In this document: positions 23,524 to 35,783 of the stretch, in pieces
Layout: every line of letters begins with the position of its first letter
How positions within the stretch are numbered: position 1 is the first letter of the stretch
Assembly: GCF_018350175.1 (NCBI RefSeq)
Contig: NC_058368.1
Coordinates: 224,814,001 to 224,878,000, forward strand
From: Felis catus
Lineage: Eukaryota
DNA length: 64,000 nucleotides
Reading direction: 5' to 3'
Translations under genes and position numbers: made by a program
The notes under the pieces: generated by a model
What the model saw: the letters and a program-made list of their open reading frames with translations, nothing else
Told to the model about the DNA's origin: nothing
Database searches by the model: none

Positions 23524-25194
23524 TTACAGTGTTACATTGTCAAAAGGAAACAGCACACTATAAACATATATGCATTTTGTTATTTATTAAGAACCATTGA
23601 CCTGGAGTCCAGTCCTTTCATTGTATAGATAAAAACGTTAGTCCAAAATAATTAAATGAATCTAATGAACAAAGAACCCTTTCCCCCACAAAGTTCCCAG
23701 TTCCTTGTATATAATGTTAACTACAGGATTAAAGCAATTTCTCATTGGCATATTTTTAATCTCTAGCTATATTATTTGGACTCGCACTTTCTGTAGGATT
23801 CTGCATTTTGTTATGTTTGATCCCACAAGTAATCCTAGTCTTGTATGACTGAATCTGTGAATTCTTTAAATATTTTTACTGTGAAGAAAATATTATAACT
23901 ATATCAATTGCATGAAGCATCATTCATTTAGTTTTTCCTGGATTTGATACTTTGAAAAGTGACAGAAGGAAGTTTTATTTAGCACAGAATAAAACTGCCA
24001 ATTGGAAAAAAAAAATCAAAATTCTTTGACATCTTAGAAGTTTAAATCAATCCTGAAAATCCAAACTGCTTTCCACAGTCTCAGCCGATACCAAGAGGCT
24101 TCTTAGGGTGATGAAGTAACCGTGTAATCTGAGTCTTGTTTCGTCTCATCTTATTAGATCTCACTAGCTATACACTTTAGCATTGGGAAATTTTCATGTG
24201 TAACCACCTAATTCCTGTTTCTTTCAAGTGTTATACCATATTACGGTATGTATACAAACTTTAAACCGGTTTTACGATATTAAAAAATGTTATGCCTAAT
24301 GAAGAATTGAATACACTGGAGAACCCATCACATAAGAATATTGCCCTCACTGCAGTAGGAAAGAATTTGTAAGATTTATGGGGAAAAGTTTGGAAAACAC
24401 CTCAACTCTACATCACAGCACATAAAGCGCATCAGTAACTTGGAACTGACTCTTCTCCCTTCCAAATTCCAGTCCCTCCAACTTTCTTCTACATTCTGTA
24501 TTTCAGTCTCTAGTTGTTTGTTACATTGCCCATAGTGTCTCACGTTCTTGCTATTGGCATGATACTACGTCTACCATACCGTGCATTGGTATTTTTTTAT
24601 TGGCCATTCTTCCTGTTAGACACAAATCTCCTTACATTCAAAGGCTCAACTTTCTTTTCCTCTTCCTGCCCACACGTTGGGTGACAGGAAAGTGACTGCC
24701 ATAAAGTAGCTGTCCCATTATTTAGAAACCAAAGAAGCTAATAGCTGAACACCTAACACGCATGTTTTCAGTGATCACAGGATATGCTGAAAGGAAGACA
24801 GAACTGAACTTGCAAGTCGTGATTCTGTTTTCGCTAACTTTGGGAACTTCAGTAGTCACATGACCCTCTAAGTCTGTCTTATTAACTTGGAGAGTTAACA
24901 AATATTCTGCCTGCAACATGGGGTTGTTGAGAGAATCACATGAGAGAGAAGAAAGCAATGTTATGAAAATTGCAATTCACAGTAACCCTGTTTTTGTAAT
25001 ATTGGTTTAATGAATGACAAAGGCCTTCTGAACATGTGGAGTTCAGATTATAAACTTCTAAATCAAGGACTGAATCTTGTTTAATTGCTTAATATAATAT
25101 TCAAAATGTATAGTTAATAAAACTTCATACTCATACACATGGAAAGAAACAATAGGAAACTATAGCCACAGACATTAAAAAATATATATATTTT

Positions 25195-25390
25195 GGGGGC
25201 GCCTGGGTGGCTCAGTTGGTTGGGCGACCAACTTCCACTTGGGTTATGATCTTGCAGTTTGTGAGTTCGAGCCCCGCGTCGGGCTCTGTGCTGACAGCTC
25301 ACAGCGTGGACCCTGCTTGGGATTCTGTGTCTCTGCCCCTACCGCCCCCCCTTTTCTCTCTCAAAAATAAAGAAACATTAAAAAAGAAAC
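25195..25390 (+). mobile_element. Can-SINE
   Basis: SINE head and tail. Confidence 0.9.
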
Positions 25391-25995
25391 ATTCAACCTT
25401 ATTGTCCTATTGAATTTTCATCATAAAAATGCTTGCTTATCTAGCCAAATGGACTACATACTTTGAAGCAATCTGGTAAATACATCAGAAAATTACTTGG
25501 AGTGTATAAGTTTAATTTGTTCTTGGATGACTCTATTTCCAACAAAAATAATATTAATGAGACATGACCTACAAGTGAGATTGTTTTACATTTAAAAGAA
25601 AATATTTAAGAAAGAAAACTCTGTTCTCCAAATAGATGTTCTTGTGACTTCAGAAATCTGAACTCGGCGCCTGGAAAGTTTAATAGAATCCTATAATGCT
25701 GTTAATCTTCTGAAACCAGAAATAGTGAGCATTTATTACCCAAGAGTCAGTTGTAAAACTTTCAATGCGTTGCCAGGCAAGTCAAATATTAAAAAAAGGA
25801 ATTGCTGGAAATAGCTTTCAGATTCCATGGCTATTCCTCTTAAAATGTGTTTTAAAGCATAATTACTTTGTCAGTGTAATTTTTATCTTAAATTGATATA
25901 TGATTTTTCCATTCACAAAATAATCTTCAATAAATTATAAATATTTCTACTTAAGTGCAAATAAATAGCTCCACCTTGATTTAAATGTAATTTCT

Positions 25996-26105
25996 GGGGC
26001 CCCTGAGTGGCTTAGTCAGTTAGCGTCTGAGTCTCGATCTTGGCTCAGGTCGTGAAACCAAGTCCCACGTTGGGCTCTGCACTGACAGTGCAGAGCCTGT
26101 TTGGG

Positions 26106-26155
<50 letters not shown>

Positions 26156-26227
26156 CCCTGATCCCGCTTACACACTCTCTCTCTCAAAAAAAAAAAAAAA
26201 AAAAAAACAACTTATAACTAACTAAAT
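25996..26227 (+). mobile_element. Can-SINE
   Basis: TSD aaatgta(a/g)tttct; (CT)n; A tail. Confidence 0.9.
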
Positions 26228-27584
26228 AAATGTAGTTTCTATTTTGATAGGGATTCTGTTATTTTTCTTAAGATGTAGTCACATATTTATCCAATCCCCA
26301 ACATAGCCTATATACTTAGTGCCAAGCACTGTACTGAGTAATAAGAAAACATACTCCTGCCCTTGGAAAAATAAGTGGGGGGAAATATAGTCTAGAGGTG
26401 CCAATGTTAAACTAAGATATTTCATTTGGACATTCTCAACTGCTATAAAATATTACAGCATTTTATGGGTTTTAACATCCTGGGAATAGTATTCTTAATA
26501 AGCCATCATTTCCTCCTATTTTGCATCCTCAAAATCTTTTTCTCAGTTTTTGATGATCCCCAACCCTACCCCCATATGCAGTCAACAAAAAAATCAAGAA
26601 TAAAATGGTTAAACAAGTAATCCCTGGCACTTCCAAGGAACTGTTTTATGATATTACATGGGCATCATCATGAATCCAAAATACTTAACAAATGAAATCG
26701 GAAGCTTAAGATTATCAACTATTTTTCTATATTATCTGCATTATCTTTATATATGTATATGAATATATTCACTGTTTTAAACCTAGCTACGTAGCTATGG
26801 AGACAGAATTATCTGAGTACAAATAAATATAATATTTATTTCATGAAAAAGAAGAATCGATAAAAGGTTTATGTAATATAAATTCTCTAGAGAGACCCAT
26901 GTAGATGTTAGAAATGCCATTCTGAGTGTTACATGTCCATAATATATTTCATCCCCAGACTACTTAATTAAATGGTATTCTGATATGCCACAGTAACTAA
27001 AGAGAAATGAGTAATTCCAGAATTCACTGAAACTCTTTAGTTAGAAAGCATAACAATGTAAAATAAGCTTAGAAACTAAAAGCGCACTGCTCAGAACCAA
27101 ATTGTCTATTTCCAAAATTAAGAAATATCATATTTGGTTTTCCCGTGACCTCATCGTGTCTTATATTTCATTAAACATCGACACTCTCTTCCTAACCACG
27201 TCTATCTCCAAACATCACAAATTTTGTTATGATGAAGAAGCCGATGAGAATCGAGTGTAAAGATAGAGGTTAGGACTGGGAACTGGACAAATAAAGGAAA
27301 AAAAGAAAGAAAATAGAAACTGCTGAATGTCCTTATTAACGTAGAATGATTCTGATAAACATGCATTCTTTGTCAATGCCTCGAGGAAACCTAATTCTTT
27401 ATGTTTTTCTCAGTGCCAGAGAATCTCTGAGCATTTAGCCACATTTTCGCAGGACAGAGGCGCCCAACACGACCGTAGCATCCTGCTCAGCAATCAGACT
27501 ACTCGAGTTTGAATCCAGTCTGAGAGCTTACCCGAGGTGTGACTTCACATGGTGGTGCCCAAGCTTCTTCACGGAGAGGAGGAA

Positions 27585-27935
27585 AATGTGGTAGACTGCG
27601 TTTCCACTCACCTTCCTTCAACGCCTCTCTTTTTGGTCCCCTTTCTTGTAGGAGAATTACACATTCCCAACCTGTTGAACTCAGCCATGGCCACAGGACC
27701 TCTTCTGACCAATCAAAGGAGGGTGGAGATAGCCTGAGGATCTTGCTCAAACTGAAGGATCAGAGGAGCAACATAAGGTTCACGGGAACCTGGTCCTCTA
27801 CCGCAATGTCTGACCGTGTGTCGGACAACACGGGAGTAGAGCCTTAGTAAGCCCACCTCGGATACATAGCGTGAGAAACACCTCTGTTCATTAAGTCACT
27901 GAGCTGTTCCAGGTGTCCATTAGTGCACCTGTACC
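27585..27935 (+). mobile_element. Old MLT1-type LTR
   Basis: tgtggtagactg..agaattacacattccca..ggccacaggac..ctgaccaat..gtgagaaacacctctgttcattaagtcactgag. Confidence 0.6.
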
Positions 27936-28127
27936 TCAGCTACCTTGACTGAGGTGGGTATTCATTGATGCCAGAAGATCAAATGAGACTGTGCGTGGTA
28001 AGAACTCGGAGAACATCTACTGTGGTAAGATCTCAATAAATGGTAGGGATTGCTAAGATCCTAGCCTACATCAGTTCCACGAATGAATCTTAAAACAACA
28101 TTAAGAATGTATTTTAAAAGCCAAAGA

Positions 28128-28353
28128 GGGGTGCCTGGGTGGCTCAGTCGGTTGGGCGTCCGACTTCAGCTCAGGTCACGATCTCACGGTCGTGAGTTCG
28201 AGCCCCGCGTCAGGCTCTGGGCTGACGGCTCAGAGCCTGGAGCCTGTTTCCGAGTCTGTGTCTCCCTCTCTCTCTGCCCCTCCCCCGTTCATGCTCTGTC
28301 TCTCTCTGTCCCAAAAATAAATAAACGTTAAAAAAAATTAAAAAAAATAAAAT
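28128..28353 (+). mobile_element. Can-SINE (young felid type)
   Basis: TSD taaaagccaaaga. Confidence 0.95.
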
Positions 28354-28494
28354 AAAAGCCAAAGAATCCATGTTTGTGGCTGTTTGTTAAAATGCTGCCC
28401 ACATTCTCCGATCCATTATTTCTAATACTTTTCAGGCATCTTTCCTTTGTAAGAAATATTAATTCATCTGTCATCCCTTTTCTTAGAGAATTCA

Positions 28495-28640
28495 AATCTG
28501 TGCTTGAGCTTCCTTTCGTATGCAAAAGATATAATAGTACCTACTTCATAAGGTTGATATGAGGATTAAATGCGTTAACATATGTACAACCCTTAGAGCA
28601 GTGACAGCACTTAGCTCCACGTAGTTATTGATATTTTAAT
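28495..28640 (+). mobile_element. MIR 3' half
   Basis: ataatagtacctacttcataaggttgatatgaggattaaatgcgttaacatatgta. Confidence 0.8.
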
Positions 28641-28944
28641 TATTGTTAATGTTGTGACTCTCTATATTTCCATATCACATTTCCCTGTGGATCACTACAG
28701 AGTTGCTAACCACAGGAACTGATTTCCTTCTGTACAAAGTAATTGAGATTTTATTTCTCAATTTAGTGAGAAAACAAGCAAGTATTTATTACGATCGTTA
28801 CTTATAATTTTTACTTATAAATTTTCTTCAATTCTGGAAGCACCGTGGGAGGTAGGAGGAAAATTAAGAGGCTAAAGCCCACCAGCCAAGAGGTGGAGAG
28901 AGAAATTGTTCCAGACAATAAATAATTAGAGGTTTAGAATAAGT

Positions 28945-29086
28945 AAGAAAAGAAGAACGGAAGGGAGGGAGGAAAAGAAAAAGCAAAGTGAAGCAAAGGG
29001 AAGAAGGAAAGAAAAGGAAAGGAAAGAAAAGGAAAGAAAAGAAAAGAAAAGAAAAGAAAAGAGAAAAGAAAAGAAGAGAAAAGAAA
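28945..29086. repeat. Purine-rich (GAAAA)n-type tract
   Basis: Direct reading. Confidence 0.9.
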
Positions 29087-29855
29087 CTCTCTTAGAAACC
29101 TCCTGCATTGGGAGTTCAGAGAAATAAGCACTCAAGTTAATTGATCTCTTATCCAAAACCAATTCATAGTGCTTAGTTTTTAAACGGCCTCATCAGTTTA
29201 TCTACCACTTATTTTCGTTTGACTTCATCAAAACAGAGACGTGATAATGAAAAGAAATGGAACCAGATAGATGGAAGGTATGTCTGCAAACACCTAAAAG
29301 ACAAACTTTATTACAGCAAAGAATCCTTGCTGGAAAGTAAGCCTTGTTACTTGATTGAGAGTTTATGGATGACTTGAAAATCTAGTTGAAGAAATTCTGA
29401 CCTCAACCTGGTCGAAAGAGGAGTTATTGATCGTTTCAAGCGAGTGAGGCATAATAGCAAAGCAGCATAGTTAAGTGTGGCTAAAAACTGGAAGTGTGCA
29501 GGAAGCAAGAAATCCACAGAGGAAATAAAGTATGGATGATAATGGCCACAGTAGAAAAAAAGAGGTAAAAAGAGAGAGAAAAGGACTGGGCAAGCCTAAG
29601 AATCAAAACATCACGTAGACACTGATAGAAGCAAAAAAGAAGAAAAATTAAATTTGGCGTGAAGTAAGTTGAATTTCAGATAAAATCTAAAGTCTACTCA
29701 GAAATAGGATTAGACTTTATCTCAGAGTTTATGAAATCCAGTCATCTGAAATTTGCTACTCATAAAATAAAACTTGTCTTCCTCCTAGAAAAAAATATAT
29801 ATCATATATATAATATACACTCTACATAACACATACATATATATATATATATATA

Positions 29856-30054
29856 TTTAATGTTTATTTATTTTTGAGAGAGAAGAGTGCATGCAGGGGA
29901 GGGCCAGAGAGAGAGGGAGACCCAGAATCCGAAGCAGGCTCCAGGCTCTGAGCTGTCAGCACAGAGACTGATGTGGGACCCGAACCCCTGAACCAGGAGA
30001 TCACGACCTGAGCCGAAGTTGGACATTCAACCAACTGAGCCACCCAGGCGCCCC
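29856..30054 (-). mobile_element. Can-SINE
   Basis: Reverse SINE embedded in TA-rich repeat. Confidence 0.95.
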
Positions 30055-30279
30055 ATGACATGTGTATAGATTATATATTGTATCCATATTATATACACAG
30101 TGTGTGTGTATATATATTATTCATATATTGTTACACTTGACTTCAGTTTTTATATAAATATCAATTATCCATTTCAATTCCACCTGGCAAAATGAATGGC
30201 CACTTTAACTCTTTACATTGGAGACCATTGTATAATAATAGTGTGTCTGTTTTAGAAAAAACAAAACAAAACAAAACAC

Positions 30280-30494
30280 GAGGTGCCTGGATGGCTCAGT
30301 TGGTTAAGCGTCCGACTTTGGCTCAGGTCATGATCTCACAGTTCGTGGGTTCAAGCCCCCTGTCGGCCCGTGTGCTGACAGCTCAGAGCCTGGAGCCTGT
30401 TTCAGATTCTGTGTTTCCCTCTCTCTCTGGCCCTCCCCTGTTCATGCTCTGTGTCTGTCTCAAAAATAAATAAACATTAAAAAAAAAAAAAAAA
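30280..30494 (+). mobile_element. Can-SINE
   Basis: SINE head and tail. Confidence 0.95.
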
Positions 30495-30501
30495 CCACAT
30501 A

Positions 30502-30712
30502 GGGCCTCCTGGGTGGCTCAGTCAGTTAAGTCTCTGACTCCAGCTCAGGTCATGATCTGTGGTTCATGAATTTGAGGCCCTCATTGGGCTTTCTGCTGTC
30601 AGTGTGGAGCCTCCTTCGGCTCCTCTGTCTCCCTCTCTCTCTGCACCTCCCCTGTGCTCGTTCACACACTCTCTCTCTCTCTCTCTCAAAAATAAATAAA
30701 TATTAAAATATA
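30502..30712 (+). mobile_element. Can-SINE (tandem)
   Basis: TSD aaa(c/ca)cacata; starts next to the previous A tail. Confidence 0.9.
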
Positions 30713-31496
30713 AACACATAGGCAATAGTTTTTTAAAAATTCTAGTGCTTTTTTAGCTAATCCAGGATTCTTTTATTTTTAATGCCTTTAAAAAAAAATT
30801 CTCTCTTGAAATACCAAAAACAAAACCAGATACTCTCTTCCCATTATTGTAAATAACTACAATTCCTTCAAACCAGATCCTTGGCAGAGAACTGTGATTA
30901 GCCTCAAAGCACTGTGGAAGGAATAAAGAGCTGGATGGAGGTGGGCTGATTATACAAAGGAATAACTACAGAAACTAGGTTGGTGGAAAATCCTCTTTTT
31001 GACAATTTATAATATATTGTTTCAAAGAAGTAAAGTATTGCCTTTGCAAATCTTGCTGTTCCGTTTCTGTTTCTCGTAAAACATTGTTGCTTATTCTTTT
31101 CTCATTATATATTTTCCATCCTTCGTAGGGAGGAGATTTCAAATGTTTCGGAAAAAAAAAATCATGGATGGCAAAACCTTTCTACAAGCTCTTCATGCTG
31201 TTTTATTTTTGAAGCTATTTTTAAAAATATTGAAATGAATGTGATACTTCATATAGCCAAGAAATGTGATAGCTGCTTAAGCATCTAAAACAATTTGTTA
31301 TTTTTATTGAAATCATCAACCGCATAGTTGTTAGCAGAATTAAATATTTTTTTTTGGATTCTTATAGAGTTTAATAGAGATAGAGAGATAAACCATTGCA
31401 GAAATAATACTGTTAATTAGAGACATACTAGGTGCTAAAATCAGTCAACTAATATATTCGGTGATTGTATCTGTTCCTTAAAACCATACCAGTACA

Positions 31497-31695
31497 GGGG
31501 CGCCTGGGTGGCTCAGTCGGTTAAGCCGCCGACTTCGGCTCAGGTCATGATCTTGCGGTCCGTGAGTTCGAGCCCCGCGTCGGGCTCTGTGCTGACAGCT
31601 CAGAGCCTGGAGCCTGTTTCAGATTCTGTGTCCCCCTCTCTCTGACCCTCCCCCGTTCATGCTGTGTCTCTCTCTGTCCCAAAAATAAATAAACG

Positions 31696-31727
<32 letters not shown>
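31497..31727 (+). mobile_element. Can-SINE, very young
   Basis: Perfect 17-bp TSD aaaaccataccagtaca; 30-nt A run; CpGs intact. Confidence 0.97.
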
Positions 31728-31729
<2 letters not shown>

Positions 31730-32100
31730 ATACCAGTACAAATTCCTAAGTTCCTAGATGCCTCAGTAGTAATGGTTCTATAATAAACCTCTCCATTGCC
31801 CATATTAATAAACAAGCAGTTTGGGACAAAGAGTAAGAGCCAGAATATTGGTGTCCTATGGATTCCAAGTGCTCCTTAAACAGAATTTAAAATCTTGAAA
31901 AAAAAAAAAAAACAACAGCAAATAGCCACCAATTCTCAGGCATCAGAGAAACAGGCAAAAGAACATTATATATGAATATATACCAGTAAAGGAAATGCCA
32001 TACATTAGGAATGATAATTGTAAAGAATCAAGATGGCCAAGCGTCCCTATGGATCTCTGATTCCACAATTTCTCCAATATTTTAAATAAAGTCTTGCTAT

Positions 32101-32333
32101 GGGGCACCTGGGTGACATGGTCGGTTAAGCATCCAACTTTAGCTCAGGTCATGATCTCACGGTTCGTGGGTTCAAGCCCAAGTCGGGCTCTGTGCTGACA
32201 GCTCAGAGCCTGGAGCCCGCTTCACGTTCTGTGTCATCCTCTGTCTCTCTGCCTCTTCCCCCGCCCCTCTGCTCGCTCTCTGTCCCTCTCTGTCTCTCAA
32301 AAAAAAAAAAAAAAAAAAAAAACATAAAAAAAA
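32101..32333 (+). mobile_element. Can-SINE
   Basis: TSD aaataaagtctt. Confidence 0.95.
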
Positions 32334-33489
32334 ATAAAGTCTTATTAGGCTCGTGTTTATTTTTACTCCTAATGCTACTGTGTGACTCATGTGATTTCCC
32401 AAGCCACTGTCCCCTTATCCACAAAAAGTGCGGGGACAAGGGATGGCCATAAAACCTGACAGCGAGACATTGGCTTGGAATAGGGAAGGCAAACTTCTTT
32501 TTGTAGCTGCACATGATGTCAAGCTGGCAGAGTGCAATTGTAGATAGGGGCAGGGAGCAGAGGTCAGCATGCCAGAGAAAGGAATCTGGATGTTTTGCAA
32601 ATGAAGGAGAGAAAATAAACTAAACCAGGGGATTAAAGGGGCAAAACCAGCAGTGTGGGGGGCTAGTCATGACTGATGAAAACTAGGTTTTAACTGCCCG
32701 CTTTTTTAAAACATGGGGGAGAAAAGCATCCTATGAAAAGGAACGTTCAGATACAGGATCACAAAAGACATGAAATTAAACCGCGTTGGAAATATACCAA
32801 GATTAACGGAGTAAAGAAAGAGAGGGGAGAAAACGACCCGTGTTGAGGGCAATGTAACAACGAAAGAGAAAACAAATTAGCACCCAGTGGACATGGCTAA
32901 AAGGAATTTTAGAGTGAAGAATTCCCCACCTTTCAGCTTTTGGTAGCTCTACGCTATTTGTGTTGCTGTCACGCGAATCTGTTTTGCATCTTCAAATAGT
33001 CAGTTTATTGACACACCACCAATCCTTGGTAATGACTTGTCGTCTGTCACTCAAAGAGAGCAGCTGACTCCCGTCTGCTTCCAGACCCCCCGCAGAGCAG
33101 GAACATCATCCACGCTTAAAATGAAATCACTACCAGAACGCAGAAGCTTGGAGCCAGAGCGGGTCATGAGAAATTAAGTTTTCCGGGAATATGCTGAAAT
33201 TTGAAAAAGGTATTAGGCTTGTCACCAGTCCTGGAAGAGTGTTTTAGAAACGCAGGTTCCATATTTGCAGGAGCAGGGGTATCATGGAAAACATAAAGAT
33301 TAATGATATTACTACATGTGGACACTTGCCTGCAGCGAACGATGGTTTGTTAAAGCAGAGAAGCCTACTCAATCCTGGAGGTCCGTTGTTTGTTTTAATA
33401 CACCGTGTCAGTGTTGCAAATGGATTTGTTAAATCCAGGTCTGCCTGTAAGGAAACTGAGAGGCTATGTATGGGAGTAGGGATAAAATG

Positions 33490-33536
<47 letters not shown>
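33490..33536. repeat. (TAAA)n microsatellite
   Basis: Direct reading. Confidence 0.95.
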
Positions 33537-33639
33537 CTGTATTTGAGAAATAGAACCAACAAAAAGTGGAAGAAGCAAGAATTGAGATTTCTCGCTCTTG
33601 AATTACCAAGAGGAGTCTCCATTCTATGGCACTGGAACC

Positions 33640-34045
33640 ATCCGTTCAGCTGGCTTATGGCGGCCTAGAATAATGGCTCCATCACCAGGTTCCTTTGAAG
33701 TTTGGTGTGGGTATAGGACTAAGTTCTGGCCAGTGGGCTGGAAGTGTCCTTGCATAGAGCAAATGCACTCTTTTGTTTTGTTTTGTTTTGTTTTTCTTTT
33801 TCTTCTATCTGGGGTCCTATTACAAGGAAGCTCCATCACCTATCTGGGACAACGCTGACCAGGAGAACGGCGTAAGGGTGGCGGACGTATAATATGGAAG
33901 AAAGTGATTTCTAGAAACTAACGAAGCCGTCCTACAAGACCAGCATCGCTGACTTCTGGCTGTTGTAGATGACAGCATGAAATCTAGGAGGCTAAAACCA
34001 ACATCAATTTGGATTTTCTCTCACATTCATCATCTTAACCAATAC
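33640..34045 (+). mobile_element. Old ERVL/MaLR-type LTR relic (LTR16-like)
   Basis: ggtgtgggtataggactaagttctggccagtgg..gaagtg motif; ends catcttaaccaataca. Confidence 0.4.
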
Positions 34046-34132
34046 AGTCACCTCTATTTGACGCTGACCTCACTCAGGGCTAAGAAAAACAAAAAGAAGG
34101 AATTTCTCTGAGTAAGAAAAGGAATTCAGTGG

Positions 34133-34306
34133 GTTTTTTTTTCAACTTATTTTTGAAGGAGAGAGCACAAGCAGGGAGGGGCTCGGCGAGAGGGGGACAG
34201 AGGATCTGCACCCAGAGCCCCATGTGGGGCTGGAACTCAGGAACCTGGAGATCACGACCTGAGGCCGAAGCTGGATGCTCTTCTGACCGAGCCACCCAGG
34301 CGACCC
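34133..34306 (-). mobile_element. Can-SINE (diverged)
   Basis: TSD aaggaattcagt. Confidence 0.85.
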
Positions 34307-34651
34307 AAGGAATTCAGTTTTGGGTGGATAGGTTTTCAGTTGCTAATGAAACATTCAAATGAAGATGTCAGTGAGATGACCAGCACCTAAGACTGAGACT
34401 TTTTGTTGATTCATAATTGGACGCAGAAAGAGAAGCCAGGAAGGCAGCTGAAGAACAGTGGCCAGAAAAGCCTGATGTTTGGGCAGTGCAAATGCCACGA
34501 CTGGAGCTTGTTTCGCGAATCAAGCGGTCAACAGTGATGGATGTTCCGATGTCAAGGAAAGTAAGCCCCGAAGGCTGCCTCGGGAATTAAGAGAGAGGAA
34601 AGTTACCAGCAGCCGAGGTAAAAGTCGCTTCCTTTAAAAAGAGGCCGTGGA

Positions 34652-34862
34652 GGGGCGCCTGGGTAGCTCAGTCGGTTAAATGGCCGACTTCGGCTCAGGT
34701 CATGATCTCGGGGTCCGTGAGTTCGAGCCCCGCGTCGGGCTCTGTGCTGACGGCTCAGAGCCTGGAGCCTGTTTCTGATTCTGTGTCTCCCTCTCTCTCT
34801 GCCCCTTCCCCGCTCATGCTCTGTCTCTCTCTGCCTTTCAAAAAAAAGATGAATAAATGTTA

Positions 34863-34899
<37 letters not shown>
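34652..34899 (+). mobile_element. Can-SINE with (TAAA)n tail
   Basis: TSD aagaggc(c/g)gtgga. Confidence 0.95.
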
Positions 34900-34901
<2 letters not shown>

Positions 34902-35282
34902 GAGGCGGTGGAAAGTGGACGGCCAGTGGATTGAGGTCTCGGCAGGTGAATCGTCAGAGAGAGGCACACGCTGGCCTGGTTCCAGCCCATCTCATCTATC
35001 ACGTGGCCCAGCCCTTCCTCCCAGAGAATAAATTTGCTGCCCACCCTTTGACCGCCATGAAACAATGCTTCTCACCAGTTCCTCAGTGATTCAGGTCAGT
35101 TCTATCCATTAGCTTGAGATGCTCTAGGTATTTGGCCAACAGCTTTCCACTCCTCGATGGTCTCCAACACTTTTGCATTGTCTGCTCAGCGGTGATTCCA
35201 AATTTAGCCGCTTCTCTCCGAGTTTCCATCTTATCCTCAAGACCCCTAAATCTGCAAAGGACCTCATCCACTACTCCTTAAA

Positions 35283-35512
35283 GCTGTGTTCTCAGCCTCG
35301 GCACTGTTGATATCTGGGGCGAAAAAAATCCTGTTTGGTGGGGCACGCAAGCCGTGCTGTGTCATCTAGGACGTTCATATAGCAGATCCCCGGCCTCTAC
35401 CTCTATTCGATGACCGGAGCAGCACCCCTGTTCACGTGACAACCAAAAATGTCTCCAAGTATTGCCAAAGACCCCTTGAGGAGGTAAAACTGTCCCCAGT
35501 TAACAAGGGCAG
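35283..35512 (-). mobile_element. MER20 (hAT-Charlie)
   Basis: ttctcagcctcggcactgttga..ggcctctacc..gtgacaaccaaaaatgtctcca..attgccaaa matches MER20 in reverse. Confidence 0.85.
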
Positions 35513-35701
35513 TCCTAGGGTGGAAGAGACAATTTGTCAAGAATTTTTTCAACTGCCTTTCCCTAACACTTGTAGATTCAATACCTCGTCACATGCTGTA
35601 CCTGGACACTCAAACGGTAAGACTGACTTTACAAAGCTTTGTGTCCCCACCCCCCAGCCCTGCGATTTCCTCTCTACTGAATTGCTTCCCCTCCGCCTAT
35701 G

Positions 35702-35783
35702 TGTAGGTTGTTCAAATAAACGATAAAATCAACAGTCGGGTCTGTAGGTTGTTAAAATCAACGATAAAATCAACGATCGGGTC
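35702..35783. repeat. 41-bp tandem duplication (2 copies)
   Basis: tgtaggttgttcaaataaacgataaaatcaacagtcgggtc / tgtaggttgttaaaatcaacgataaaatcaacgatcgggtc. Confidence 0.9.

Noticed and set aside
31497..31575. tRNA-like A/B boxes (GGTGGCTCAGTCGG, GTTCGAGCC)
   Set aside because: This is a tRNA-derived SINE head followed by (CT)n and polyA, not a tRNA gene.
35075..35251. Possible minus-strand exon (cctttgcAG ... CTG|GTGAGA)
   Set aside because: Weak acceptor, listed ORF stops before the donor, sits among old repeat relics.
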